Positions 45,701-53,440 of a stretch of 56,232 nucleotides of DNA are shown here, piece after piece (the stretch's first letter is position 1; each line of letters starts with the position of its first letter). Source of the stretch: a virus (lineage: Duplodnaviria; Caudoviricetes); the IMG/VR virus record IMGVR_UViG_3300028027_000068, positions 1 through 56,232 of that record. One strand, 5' to 3'. Made by a program: the position numbers and the translations under genes. Under the pieces are notes generated by a model. The model was not told the DNA's origin, searched no databases, and worked only from the letters and a program-made list of their open reading frames with translations.

Positions 45701-47906
45701 TAGTTTTAAGAGGCCCGGCTCCTCCACCCAGCACATAAGCGTCAGTAAGTGCCGTAAAGTCAATCCAATCATTTAAGTTTGCGGTTGACAGTAGGTCTAG
45801 CCAGTCTTGTTCTCTGGAAGACATTCCTCCGGCAGGTGTTCTAGATGAATTAAATATTTCTGGCTTTGTTAATAGTGATTGTATAAATCTGTTATTTGTT
45901 CTTTGATTTTGGGGAATTGCTGCAAGTATTTTTTTAATTTCATCTGGTGAATAGGCTGAAAAAATAGACTGAACGGTGTTTTTTCTTCGATTATCCCTAA
46001 GTCTATTTCCTCTTGCTACGATGTTGTCAAAAGTTTGGTCTGCGTAGTCTTCTGCAACCTGGTCGGTTATATCATCAATATTTCTATCGGGAATACCGTT
46101 TCTATCTGGGTCTCTAAATGTTCTTGCTGCTCTAGCAATTCTTCGTCGCACTCCTGGTTTATCTATTACGCTGGCGTTGTTTTCAGGCTTTGTTATGTCT
46201 ATCCCGAATACGCCCATCATTAATTCATCAAGGTCTGGGTGTGGACGTTCTCCGTTTGGTATACGCTGACTATTTAGTTCGTCAATAGCTTGTTGTACCA
46301 TCTCTGGAAATTCTCTTGCCGTTACATAGAATTCCGCTCTTGCTTCGTTGTCTAAAAAATCACCATTACGGTCTTTTGCATGTGCGTATTTTGAACCTGC
46401 AAGATGTCTTAGTAAGTCGCCTATTTCTTTGGAATATATTCCACTATCTGTAATCATCTTGTCAGTAATGTCACTATAAAACTTATCCCATATTGATTCT
46501 TTTTGTGCGTCTGTAGTTGCAGTGCTTAAATCAGTTTTGAGCTCGCCATACTTTTCATAAAGCCAATGCTGCTCAGGAGTTATTAGGCCAGCATTGAGCG
46601 CTCCATCAATATCTCCATTAGAAATATCTTCTATTCTTTGTATAGCGTCGTTGTAGTCCGTGTCGTTGATATCTATGCCAAAACGTTTAAACATTTCATT
46701 GAAGTCGGTCAGGTGTCCAAATTCGTGCACCCCAACCCATGAGCCAAAATCTCTAGGACTTAAAGGCTCTTCGGCGTTACTGCTTGCGCCAATACCTAAA
46801 TATTCTGGAGTCTCTGATATTTCGTAATATAGTTCTGTAAATTTTCTAGGATGATACCTAAACGTGACAAACGGGGTTCCTAAATCTTTTACCTCATTGG
46901 GGGATGCCTCAACTACAAAGCCTTCGTTGGTAGCTGCAAGAGTTTCATCAAACTGCCAAAAAATTTCAGAATTCTCTGCGACCTCTCTGTTTGTTAAGGC
47001 CTCGTACAGCATAGAAGTAACGAACGCTTCCCGTAGGTCTATATAGTCTGCCAGCTCTTTGCCAAATAGTCCATTTGTATCGTTTAGAAAAGTATCTAAA
47101 CTTTGTTCGTCCATTTTTGGATACGCACGCATCATTGCTTTTTTGGCGTTAATTGCAAATCTTACGTTTCCAAATGTCTGAGCGACAATTTTTTCTTTTC
47201 TTTTTTGGTTACGCTTAAAAGTTAAAAATCTTTTGGCTCCTTCATTTCCGCCAAATAGCATTACGCCGTTGTCGTCAATTCTTTCGCCAACATTTAGTCC
47301 AACTGCTCCAGATAAGTTTCTTTTACCCGAGTTTTTGGCAGCAGACCGTACTGCGTCAGCGGCATCTCCAGCAAGTGTTGCGGCAGATGGGACCATACAG
47401 TTAGACATTTGAAGGTCCGTAAACTGGTTAGCCGCCGGTGTTCCGGCAGGGCAACGAAGTTTACCCATGTCATCGACAGGAATACCTCTCCCTCTGGCAA
47501 CCATGGCTATCAGCGATGTTGCTCCAGGCATGTTGTTGATGGTTCTTCCAAGCACAGATTTGGAAGCCATTAGGCCTATTTCGTTAAGGCTTCTTTTTCT
47601 TTGCGGTTTTTCATCGTCTAGAAATTTGGAGTTAGCAGAGGGTTCAAGGCTCAAGGAATCTAGTTTTATGACTTTTCCTGGAGGGAGAAGCGGAATCCTG
47701 TCTCCTTCTTTCCAGTTTCTTACCCAGTGCTGGAACTTTGTCTTTGCTGGTTTTTGAGGTTTTTTTTCGTCTTTAATATCAGACGTGTTTTTTTCAGCTT
47801 TATAGCGTGAACCAGCACCAAAACCATTTAAATTAAATTCGTCAGAAGAAACGTTGTTAAGTAGTCGTTGTTCAATGTCGCTTAACTTTTTACGCGGTTC
47901 AGCCAT
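42765..47906 (-). CDS. Giant polyvalent protein: RCP motif, two HExxH zincin domains, R-S-E type ADP-ribosyltransferase-like domain
   Basis: RCPAGTPAANQF; VHEFGH...SKYA...EARAE; FRGL...LSAFT...EVV; IHESIH...SRYG...EINAE; start MAEPR after GGAG. Confidence 0.75.
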   Translation of the reverse strand: MAEPRKKLSDIEQRLLNNVSSDEFNLNGFGAGSRYKAEKNTSDIKDEKKPQKPAKTKFQHWVRNWKEGDRIPLLPPGKVIKLDSLSLEPSANSKFLDDEKPQRKRSLNEIGLMASKSVLGRTINNMPGATSLIAMVARGRGIPVDDMGKLRCPAGTPAANQFTDLQMSNCMVPSAATLAGDAADAVRSAAKNSGKRNLSGAVGLNVGERIDDNGVMLFGGNEGAKRFLTFKRNQKRKEKIVAQTFGNVRFAINAKKAMMRAYPKMDEQSLDTFLNDTNGLFGKELADYIDLREAFVTSMLYEALTNREVAENSEIFWQFDETLAATNEGFVVEASPNEVKDLGTPFVTFRYHPRKFTELYYEISETPEYLGIGASSNAEEPLSPRDFGSWVGVHEFGHLTDFNEMFKRFGIDINDTDYNDAIQRIEDISNGDIDGALNAGLITPEQHWLYEKYGELKTDLSTATTDAQKESIWDKFYSDITDKMITDSGIYSKEIGDLLRHLAGSKYAHAKDRNGDFLDNEARAEFYVTAREFPEMVQQAIDELNSQRIPNGERPHPDLDELMMGVFGIDITKPENNASVIDKPGVRRRIARAARTFRDPDRNGIPDRNIDDITDQVAEDYADQTFDNIVARGNRLRDNRRKNTVQSIFSAYSPDEIKKILAAIPQNQRTNNRFIQSLLTKPEIFNSSRTPAGGMSSREQDWLDLLSTANLNDWIDFTALTDAYVLGGGAGPLKTIDAVRKERKRVKLEKRNSRQAGTASNKLTKKITGSISNPRISKLSGSMGWVNTSSLPPWSNEPNAPKVENRVSAVLSPVENSEKALLQWGEDSFEIDTSIDPNELWKSEAFNEWATFHGNFAMRYVSAMLMGQDVPMSEGYGSETLDEGLKSIHDELVSGSMKGVDAAKQKRVRQEIEYAIAALRTLNLPENSKPYEIFRGLTGVPDDASILNLKKGDTFELPLSAFTASEDWAYEMGEFTENGQGVILKVLPGAHSTPTNAEYIQNPTETFDNYFEVVTAGRFELIEIDDVEGEQTVITLRQTDTFDPLTSKYSPVKRPKQKTSADKNPETDTEIDGATGFERPAPRREVSRLTGKIKTSVSSPVKYGLSEDKEVKKFDGFDHTAALESVNKIIREIETRHGKIKTVGDAAKALKTVFKKVRINHMGENHGPDGKSELGDRLTKSEQAAIAGILYTLNNSPHLKSRRLILSHEISDGSFSINGSTAIMPRIGQNGGPDFPEYGIRINIPFNENVAGAIIGEDMNSIDGVGNQVAKALLLHAQTLSPGQERDSYEQAALVSFFVGTSIHESIHALDMPQINDKIHKAAMQEDPSLQTERARIDHIFKQAGTRDEVLKTFVMRDAIDDVTSSNAMRAIGASMEYEANGPEEFLKNGRLSIDEVNKMKAEIEARRDEASSLLNDPLLDLGEQLQAMLIAQSMQSMIDNLDNTISQLTTLTDDLEENINNGTPEQSIMGTLHRSVYDRGLNYLSDVFPPGHPGYGTDVDLTVDPAGNMVALIDGDGNPVKELKATPEYMESTIISFIQAKDFHSASENAGFSLAGLKDLLDDANIERDTNGNESFSLTNQIQGIDPAQVDDLVDTLGQAYVAALSAEHWAPGIDDEAKWELIDWMRAISRYGSLTHFRYRNGLTTPSKQSIISAEINAELITSLILGAGAARTPMSSQVRGAIINILDWVYGGDSWKSILPDVSLEALKVK

Positions 47907-47974
47907 TGCTACTCCATATATTAACAACTACATCATTCAATTGTATTTGCCCGGAGCGCACCGGGAAAGTATAA

Positions 47975-48250
47975 CTAGGCTGTTTCAGTGTCCGACGAGA
48001 CTGGTGCCTCTTCAACGACTGGTGCCTCTTCAACGACTGGAGCTGTAGCTTCTGTTGCTTCACTGGTTTCAGCTTCTGCATCTTTTGCCTTCTTAGCTTT
48101 TGCCTTTGATTCTTTTTGTGGTTCTGCAGATTCGCTCAAAAGAGAGCCGATGCCGGATGGCGCTGCTTTGTCTTCCTTGTTTTCAATAGCAATATCTGCT
48201 TTGTTTGTCTGCTGAAAAACGCCTGTTGGGGCTGCATTCTTGTGCTGCAT
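47975..48250 (-). CDS. Low-complexity acidic protein
   Basis: APVVEE tandem repeat (18 bp unit); GGAG RBS. Confidence 0.6.
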   Translation of the reverse strand: MQHKNAAPTGVFQQTNKADIAIENKEDKAAPSGIGSLLSESAEPQKESKAKAKKAKDAEAETSEATEATAPVVEEAPVVEEAPVSSDTETA

Positions 48251-49596
48251 TATTTTTCTCCCTCTATGCCTTGCTCTGCTGTGAGCATTTCAAATTCAAG
48301 CAAATCATTAAGGAAAGATTCTTCTTCAGACTTTCCTTCCATCTTCGCTTTGTTCTTGTCTTCTGCTGGAACCCAATTGGTAGGGATTAATTCCTCGAGG
48401 CCAAGGTCTAGTGCGCGCTTCATGATGTGCGCCTTAGCTGCTTCTTTGTCTTTTGCTCGGCCATATGCTTGAACAGCATTGCGAAGGTCTGATTCATCCT
48501 TGATTGGGTACGAACCATCTGACATCGCGCTTCCGCTCTTTGCCATCTGGTCACGTGACTCTTCGTTATAAGCACGCTTGAGTGCAATCTCTGCTGCTTC
48601 GGCCTCGATGGACTCTGCTTCGTCAAGTGTGTACTCGTCGTAACCAAGAAGCTCACCGTCAAGGGAAACGAACACGTCGTACGACTTGCCGTCAAGACCC
48701 TCAATCTCTACCGCGTATGCATCAAAGCCTTCAAATACGTCTGGTTCTACAGCAACAACGTCACCGAATACGCTCTTTGTTGCAATCTCTGCAGCTTCTG
48801 AGAAGCTAATAAGGCTTTGGTTCTGCAGCCCGGACTTAACGTTCAAGACGTCCGCATTAAGCATGTGCCATCCCATTACCTCGGCTGTTTCACCATCAAA
48901 GAATATTTCAATTGGCTTGCCGTCTTTACGTTCAACATCAACAATGAAAAGGTCTGCATCGTCCGAGTAGCCGGAGTCAAGAACCTTGCCGCTGAACATG
49001 TCTTCAGCAATGCCTTCAATCTCTAAAATTCCAGGCATTTTTCCTTCGGGCATACATCCGCCTGGGCAGCTGTCGCAAACAGATTCACCCATTGGGTATA
49101 CCTTGCGCTCAAACTGACACATAAATACTTCGTCAGTCTCCATGTCTGCGGACTTGAATCCCATCGAGTTCAGGCGACGCATACGCATTTTCTTGCGCAT
49201 ATTTTGCATTGCTTGCGTTTCTTCTTCTGCTGGGTCCATTGACATCTTGGCTTCTTCTTCATCCATCGGCATGTCAGCTTCTTCTTCGTCCATGGCCATT
49301 GGCTTCTTCTTTTTGATGGGGAACATTTGCTCTTCTTCCTCATCGTCCATCATTGGAGCGGCGGCTTTGCGACTATTCTTCATAGGCATTTCTTCTTCGC
49401 CCATTTCATCTTCCTCGTCTGCCGCGTCTTCAAGGTCCATGTCTCCCATGTCCCCTTTAGCCATAACAGCCATTGCGCCGCACTTACCGCAGGCCTTGTC
49501 GCCAGCTTTAAATCCGCACTCAGACGCGTCAACGCCTTTAGCGCAGCTAGCTAAGCTTCCATCTGCGTTTAGTTTTACGATAGCTTTTTCCTGCAT
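48250..49596 (-). CDS. Acidic head-module protein (scaffold-like) with PepSY-like domain and DGSYPI...YGRA domain
   Basis: Met/Glu-rich tract; ISFSEAAEIA...GDVVAVE...YAVEI...DG...V.V...GE; AMSDGSYPI....DLRNAVQAYGRA; start MQEKA after GGAG. Confidence 0.65.
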   Translation of the reverse strand: MQEKAIVKLNADGSLASCAKGVDASECGFKAGDKACGKCGAMAVMAKGDMGDMDLEDAADEEDEMGEEEMPMKNSRKAAAPMMDDEEEEQMFPIKKKKPMAMDEEEADMPMDEEEAKMSMDPAEEETQAMQNMRKKMRMRRLNSMGFKSADMETDEVFMCQFERKVYPMGESVCDSCPGGCMPEGKMPGILEIEGIAEDMFSGKVLDSGYSDDADLFIVDVERKDGKPIEIFFDGETAEVMGWHMLNADVLNVKSGLQNQSLISFSEAAEIATKSVFGDVVAVEPDVFEGFDAYAVEIEGLDGKSYDVFVSLDGELLGYDEYTLDEAESIEAEAAEIALKRAYNEESRDQMAKSGSAMSDGSYPIKDESDLRNAVQAYGRAKDKEAAKAHIMKRALDLGLEELIPTNWVPAEDKNKAKMEGKSEEESFLNDLLEFEMLTAEQGIEGEK

Positions 49597-49835
49597 TATG
49601 GCTCCTTGTGTTGGATTGTCTTCATAAGACAACCTTTTTGATTTGTGCACCCTGCACACGGTTCGTAGCGCTTTTCGCCCGTGACTATGCACTGATACTT
49701 ATGTTGAATATTCGCTAATTGCCTTGAAGTAGCATAACCCATTGGAGAGCGTCCCTGGGTGTACTTCTCGTCACGAATACCGCCATTAACTGGCTTTGAG
49801 GATGGCCGGCCAGAAGGCTGACCGGCCTTAATCAT
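49596..49835 (-). CDS. Small Cys-containing hypothetical protein
   Basis: C...CAGC...C; coupled in operon. Confidence 0.55.
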   Translation of the reverse strand: MIKAGQPSGRPSSKPVNGGIRDEKYTQGRSPMGYATSRQLANIQHKYQCIVTGEKRYEPCAGCTNQKGCLMKTIQHKEP

Positions 49836-50170
49836 TTTAAATAGTTATTCATTCCTTTTACGGCTAGCTGAATAGCTTCGATTGTGTCCTCGGCAAGGTA
49901 GTCAGCATCAGTGATGGTGATTTTTCCTCCCGAAACAGTTGCATCAATGCCGTGGTAGTCAAGGACTGGGTCAATGATTGATTTAACCTCTCTAATCATT
50001 GATGGTGATGCTTTTAGCATTATTTGACTTGGCTCTTGTGAGCCGTCCGTGCCGACGGTTGATGGCATTAAGGAAAGAGTTACTTCGTTCCCCACAGGCT
50101 TAGTCATGACAACCTGGCCAGACTTGACCTCTATGTCCAGGGATTGGTTTATTGATATAAAAGCTTCCAT
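49832..50170 (-). CDS. Hypothetical protein
   Basis: 112 aa; VLDYHGI resembles VCDYHGI in the protease tail. Confidence 0.6.
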   Translation of the reverse strand: MEAFISINQSLDIEVKSGQVVMTKPVGNEVTLSLMPSTVGTDGSQEPSQIMLKASPSMIREVKSIIDPVLDYHGIDATVSGGKITITDADYLAEDTIEAIQLAVKGMNNYLK

Positions 50171-50180
50171 TTAATTACCC

Positions 50181-53100
50181 TTAATACTCTTCGTCTTTTT
50201 GTAAATTCTTTATATGAAGATTTAGGTTCTCTTTTAGCTGACGATAAGTCTGCTCGGTCTGATTAGCCACATCCCATAAATTCTGCAGGCGTGCAGCTTC
50301 TTTTGTAGCTTCTCTTTTATTCATGTCTTCCCAGCGCATCAGATGTTTAATAACGCCCTCTTCATCTTGCCAGCTGAGTCTTTCGGCAAGAGCATCGTTC
50401 CAGTCGTTATTTATCCCTCTAACCATTTCTTTCCATCTGGTTTTCAGGTCGTAAAGAGCATCTTCTGCTTCTTCTAGCGACAGGTCGTCAAACTTGGTGT
50501 CTGTAACTTTGTCATGCATATCCCAGGCTTCGTCGCCGTCTTTAGCATTAAGTACCTCATCTAGGGCTGAGCCAGGATTTCTCGCATCGACGTCTGGATT
50601 TTTCTTTTTTGCCCCCATGGCCCCTGAAATTCCGCCCCTGCTATCAGTGTCTCCACCCATGCGGTTGTCGTCCATTTCTGCGTTTTGGTAGTCACGTCGT
50701 AATTTAGCTAACTGACCTTGCAGACCTCGTATTTTGTCTTCCGGTAGATTGAAGTCTCGGGCTTGGGAGGATGCGTCTTCTGGGTTTCCAACCCTTTCGG
50801 TTATGGTAAGGCTATCAAATAGCTCCCGAGGAAGACCGGTACGTTCAACCATTCGTTCAATGGCGGCCTTTTCCCAGTTCTGAAGTTTAGGTGGGCGTTT
50901 TCCTGGCTCGTCCCCGCTCATGGCTCCTGAGAGACCAGCTCTTCTTCTGGCGTTTCTGGCAATTGTGAGTTCGTATTCCATTGGGGTCATCCCGGCAATC
51001 ATCGTTCCGCCGCCGCCGCCATCTATTGGAGCAACACGCGGTGTATCAGCCATGTCTCTTTGGAATTTTTTTCTTTGTGCTGGTGTCATGTTTTTAAGAA
51101 TGTCATCCATACTCTGTGGCTTGTCTGAGCTCATGGCTCCTGAGAGACCAGCCCTCTGTGGGACTCGTGGCTGTGACGGAACAGAAGGACGGGCTGGGGT
51201 TGGCGTAGAGGGAACGGATGGCTTGATTGGTACATCTTCTCTACGAGGAACCTGGATTGGTTTAACCTTGGGCATCATTTGAGGCGCTTTAGGAGCATCA
51301 GGGCGCTGAAAGGTTGTTCCCTCTTGAATAACCCTGTCTCCGTCAGCATCTATTGCGTTGGGGTCGAACCTATCCATTCTATTGGCTCCCATTTGGCCAA
51401 TGCGGCGAAGTTTTCCACCTACACCCTTTGCACTGAAACCTTCAGACATGTTTTGAGCAATATTCATTACTGCTTCGTAACCCTCTTCAGACAATGAATC
51501 GATAAACGGTACGGCGACTCCATCTTCAAGCTCTTTAAGCTCGATGCCGTGGTAGTCACATACGGTCTTTACTAATTCCATAGCTGCGGACTTTTCATCA
51601 CCAAGTGCACGAACAAACAGGTGGGCTCCTGGGGTCTGTTCTTTAAACATACTCCAGTCAATACTCGGCATTGAGGTTCCACATGTTCCGCCGCAGCCGC
51701 AGCCGCCGTGAGGTTTCTTTTCTACGTCTTCCATCATTTCACGATGTCCGTGTGCATACTCGCGTTCATCTTCGTCATCCTCCATGTCTGGGAAAGCGTG
51801 GCCTGGCATAATTCCGGCAGGCGTATTTACTGGTAAATAAACAGTTTCAGCACGAACCTGGTGCGGTTCACCAAACATAAATTCATCACCGTCAAAGTAG
51901 TAGGTGACCCTCATGGTTGTTGACTGTCCACCGTTACTTATGTCAAATATGACCATGTCTCTGTCGGCTGTTCTGATTTTCACAGGAGAGCTAAATCTTT
52001 CAGAAAGAGCTTTGGCAAGGTCTGCCATTCGCCCAACCGAGGTATTGGACATCGACTCCGGCGACTCGTATATAGCACTTTTTTCAGAGACTTGAGAGTT
52101 TTCATCCGTAATTGGGCCACCAACTACCCAAGCATCACACGTGCGAGAAGATGCGCACTTAAAGTCAAACGCTTCGCAGTACCCAAGCTCGGCGGCGTTA
52201 ATTACATCCCAAGCACTGTCACCAAGCTCACCGCCGGCTGCAAGGCCTTTTTGAATGCAGCTTTCCATGTCCGATGTCTTAATGAATACTGCGCAATTTC
52301 CGCATTTTTGTTTCTTTGCTTCAGTCGTATCGACATCCCAGCGAGATGCTTTTTTATTCCAAAATTTTTCATTTGCTTCTTTTGGATTAAGTGGGCCATA
52401 TCCAGCCGTCTCAATAGCTTTTTGTCTATTTTTAATATTTACGGAAACATCAGTTGTTGCTACTGGACACTTGTTTCCACCTTCAGCAGGGTCGGCTTTT
52501 GTTTTGTTTTTGCCATATCTGTCAAGCATTCTGCGACCTTTGGCAGCTAACTCTGCTGCGTCTTGGCGGTTTTTGGGTGCTGGCTCACCCCACGCTACGG
52601 CTGCAAGTGCAAGACGTGTTGGTTCCCCGTCTTCGTCGACCAGCGGGCCTGATGGATTTGTATAGAACCGAGTAAGGAAAGAACCCTTACGGCGCATCTT
52701 TTCAGGAGTGTCAGCAGGTCCTTTTACTCCGGGCTTCAGGTTTGCGCCTTCAGTTTCCTTAAAGTACTTGCGTCCTGCTGGAGTTAGTCCGCCTTTGGGG
52801 TCCTTTAGTTGTTGGTCCGCCTTTATGGATATGGTTCCAGTCAGTTGGTTTGCGCCATGAAGAACTGGAGAAACTTCATAAAGTTCCACTTCTTTAAGCA
52901 TATTGGCTTGCTGAGATGGGTCGAATACTGCATCAAGGGTTTTGTAACCAATAGACCATTCTTGTTCTTCGCCAAAGAACACAACGCTATTAAAGGCTTC
53001 CTTGCCTCTTTCGGACTTTAAGTTGAACTGAACACGTGCATATAGGCCGCCGATTCCAGCACGCTTCATCTTCATCGGAAGGCGCGGGTCGTTTGGCCCA

Positions 53101-53357
53101 ACTTCATAAATGTCGATAACCTTGCCGATTGGCTCGTTCCAGTTATGGCCCCATACGACACGAGGCTTACGGCGCTTAAGACTGCCTACAAACGCTCCAG
53201 GCAGACACACATCGCCTACTGAGTCTTTGTTACCAATACCGGCCACGAAGCATTCAACAATGCCTAGAGCCTCATCAACATTAAACTGACCTGGTATGGC
53301 TTTATATTCTGTAGCTTTTTCTTCAGTCGTTTGCATGTCTGTAAAAGATGACGGCAT
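50181..53357 (-). CDS. HK97-family prohead protease with long multidomain C-terminal extension
   Basis: D..GD...PGAF..SL, WGHNW..PIG, WSIGY, LKEVELYEVSPV..GAN; located next to portal. Confidence 0.9.
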   Translation of the reverse strand: MPSSFTDMQTTEEKATEYKAIPGQFNVDEALGIVECFVAGIGNKDSVGDVCLPGAFVGSLKRRKPRVVWGHNWNEPIGKVIDIYEVGPNDPRLPMKMKRAGIGGLYARVQFNLKSERGKEAFNSVVFFGEEQEWSIGYKTLDAVFDPSQQANMLKEVELYEVSPVLHGANQLTGTISIKADQQLKDPKGGLTPAGRKYFKETEGANLKPGVKGPADTPEKMRRKGSFLTRFYTNPSGPLVDEDGEPTRLALAAVAWGEPAPKNRQDAAELAAKGRRMLDRYGKNKTKADPAEGGNKCPVATTDVSVNIKNRQKAIETAGYGPLNPKEANEKFWNKKASRWDVDTTEAKKQKCGNCAVFIKTSDMESCIQKGLAAGGELGDSAWDVINAAELGYCEAFDFKCASSRTCDAWVVGGPITDENSQVSEKSAIYESPESMSNTSVGRMADLAKALSERFSSPVKIRTADRDMVIFDISNGGQSTTMRVTYYFDGDEFMFGEPHQVRAETVYLPVNTPAGIMPGHAFPDMEDDEDEREYAHGHREMMEDVEKKPHGGCGCGGTCGTSMPSIDWSMFKEQTPGAHLFVRALGDEKSAAMELVKTVCDYHGIELKELEDGVAVPFIDSLSEEGYEAVMNIAQNMSEGFSAKGVGGKLRRIGQMGANRMDRFDPNAIDADGDRVIQEGTTFQRPDAPKAPQMMPKVKPIQVPRREDVPIKPSVPSTPTPARPSVPSQPRVPQRAGLSGAMSSDKPQSMDDILKNMTPAQRKKFQRDMADTPRVAPIDGGGGGTMIAGMTPMEYELTIARNARRRAGLSGAMSGDEPGKRPPKLQNWEKAAIERMVERTGLPRELFDSLTITERVGNPEDASSQARDFNLPEDKIRGLQGQLAKLRRDYQNAEMDDNRMGGDTDSRGGISGAMGAKKKNPDVDARNPGSALDEVLNAKDGDEAWDMHDKVTDTKFDDLSLEEAEDALYDLKTRWKEMVRGINNDWNDALAERLSWQDEEGVIKHLMRWEDMNKREATKEAARLQNLWDVANQTEQTYRQLKENLNLHIKNLQKDEEY

Positions 53358-53440
53358 GATATGGCCCTTTCGACAGAACCCATAATAAACAATTAAATCA
53401 CTTGCTAGCGGAACACTTTAAGTAAAGTGCGTTACTTTAC

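Noticed and set aside
47996-48042. 18 bp tandem repeat as CRISPR-like array
   Set aside because: No spacers; encodes APVVEE in frame. No CRISPR array or cas gene seen in the window
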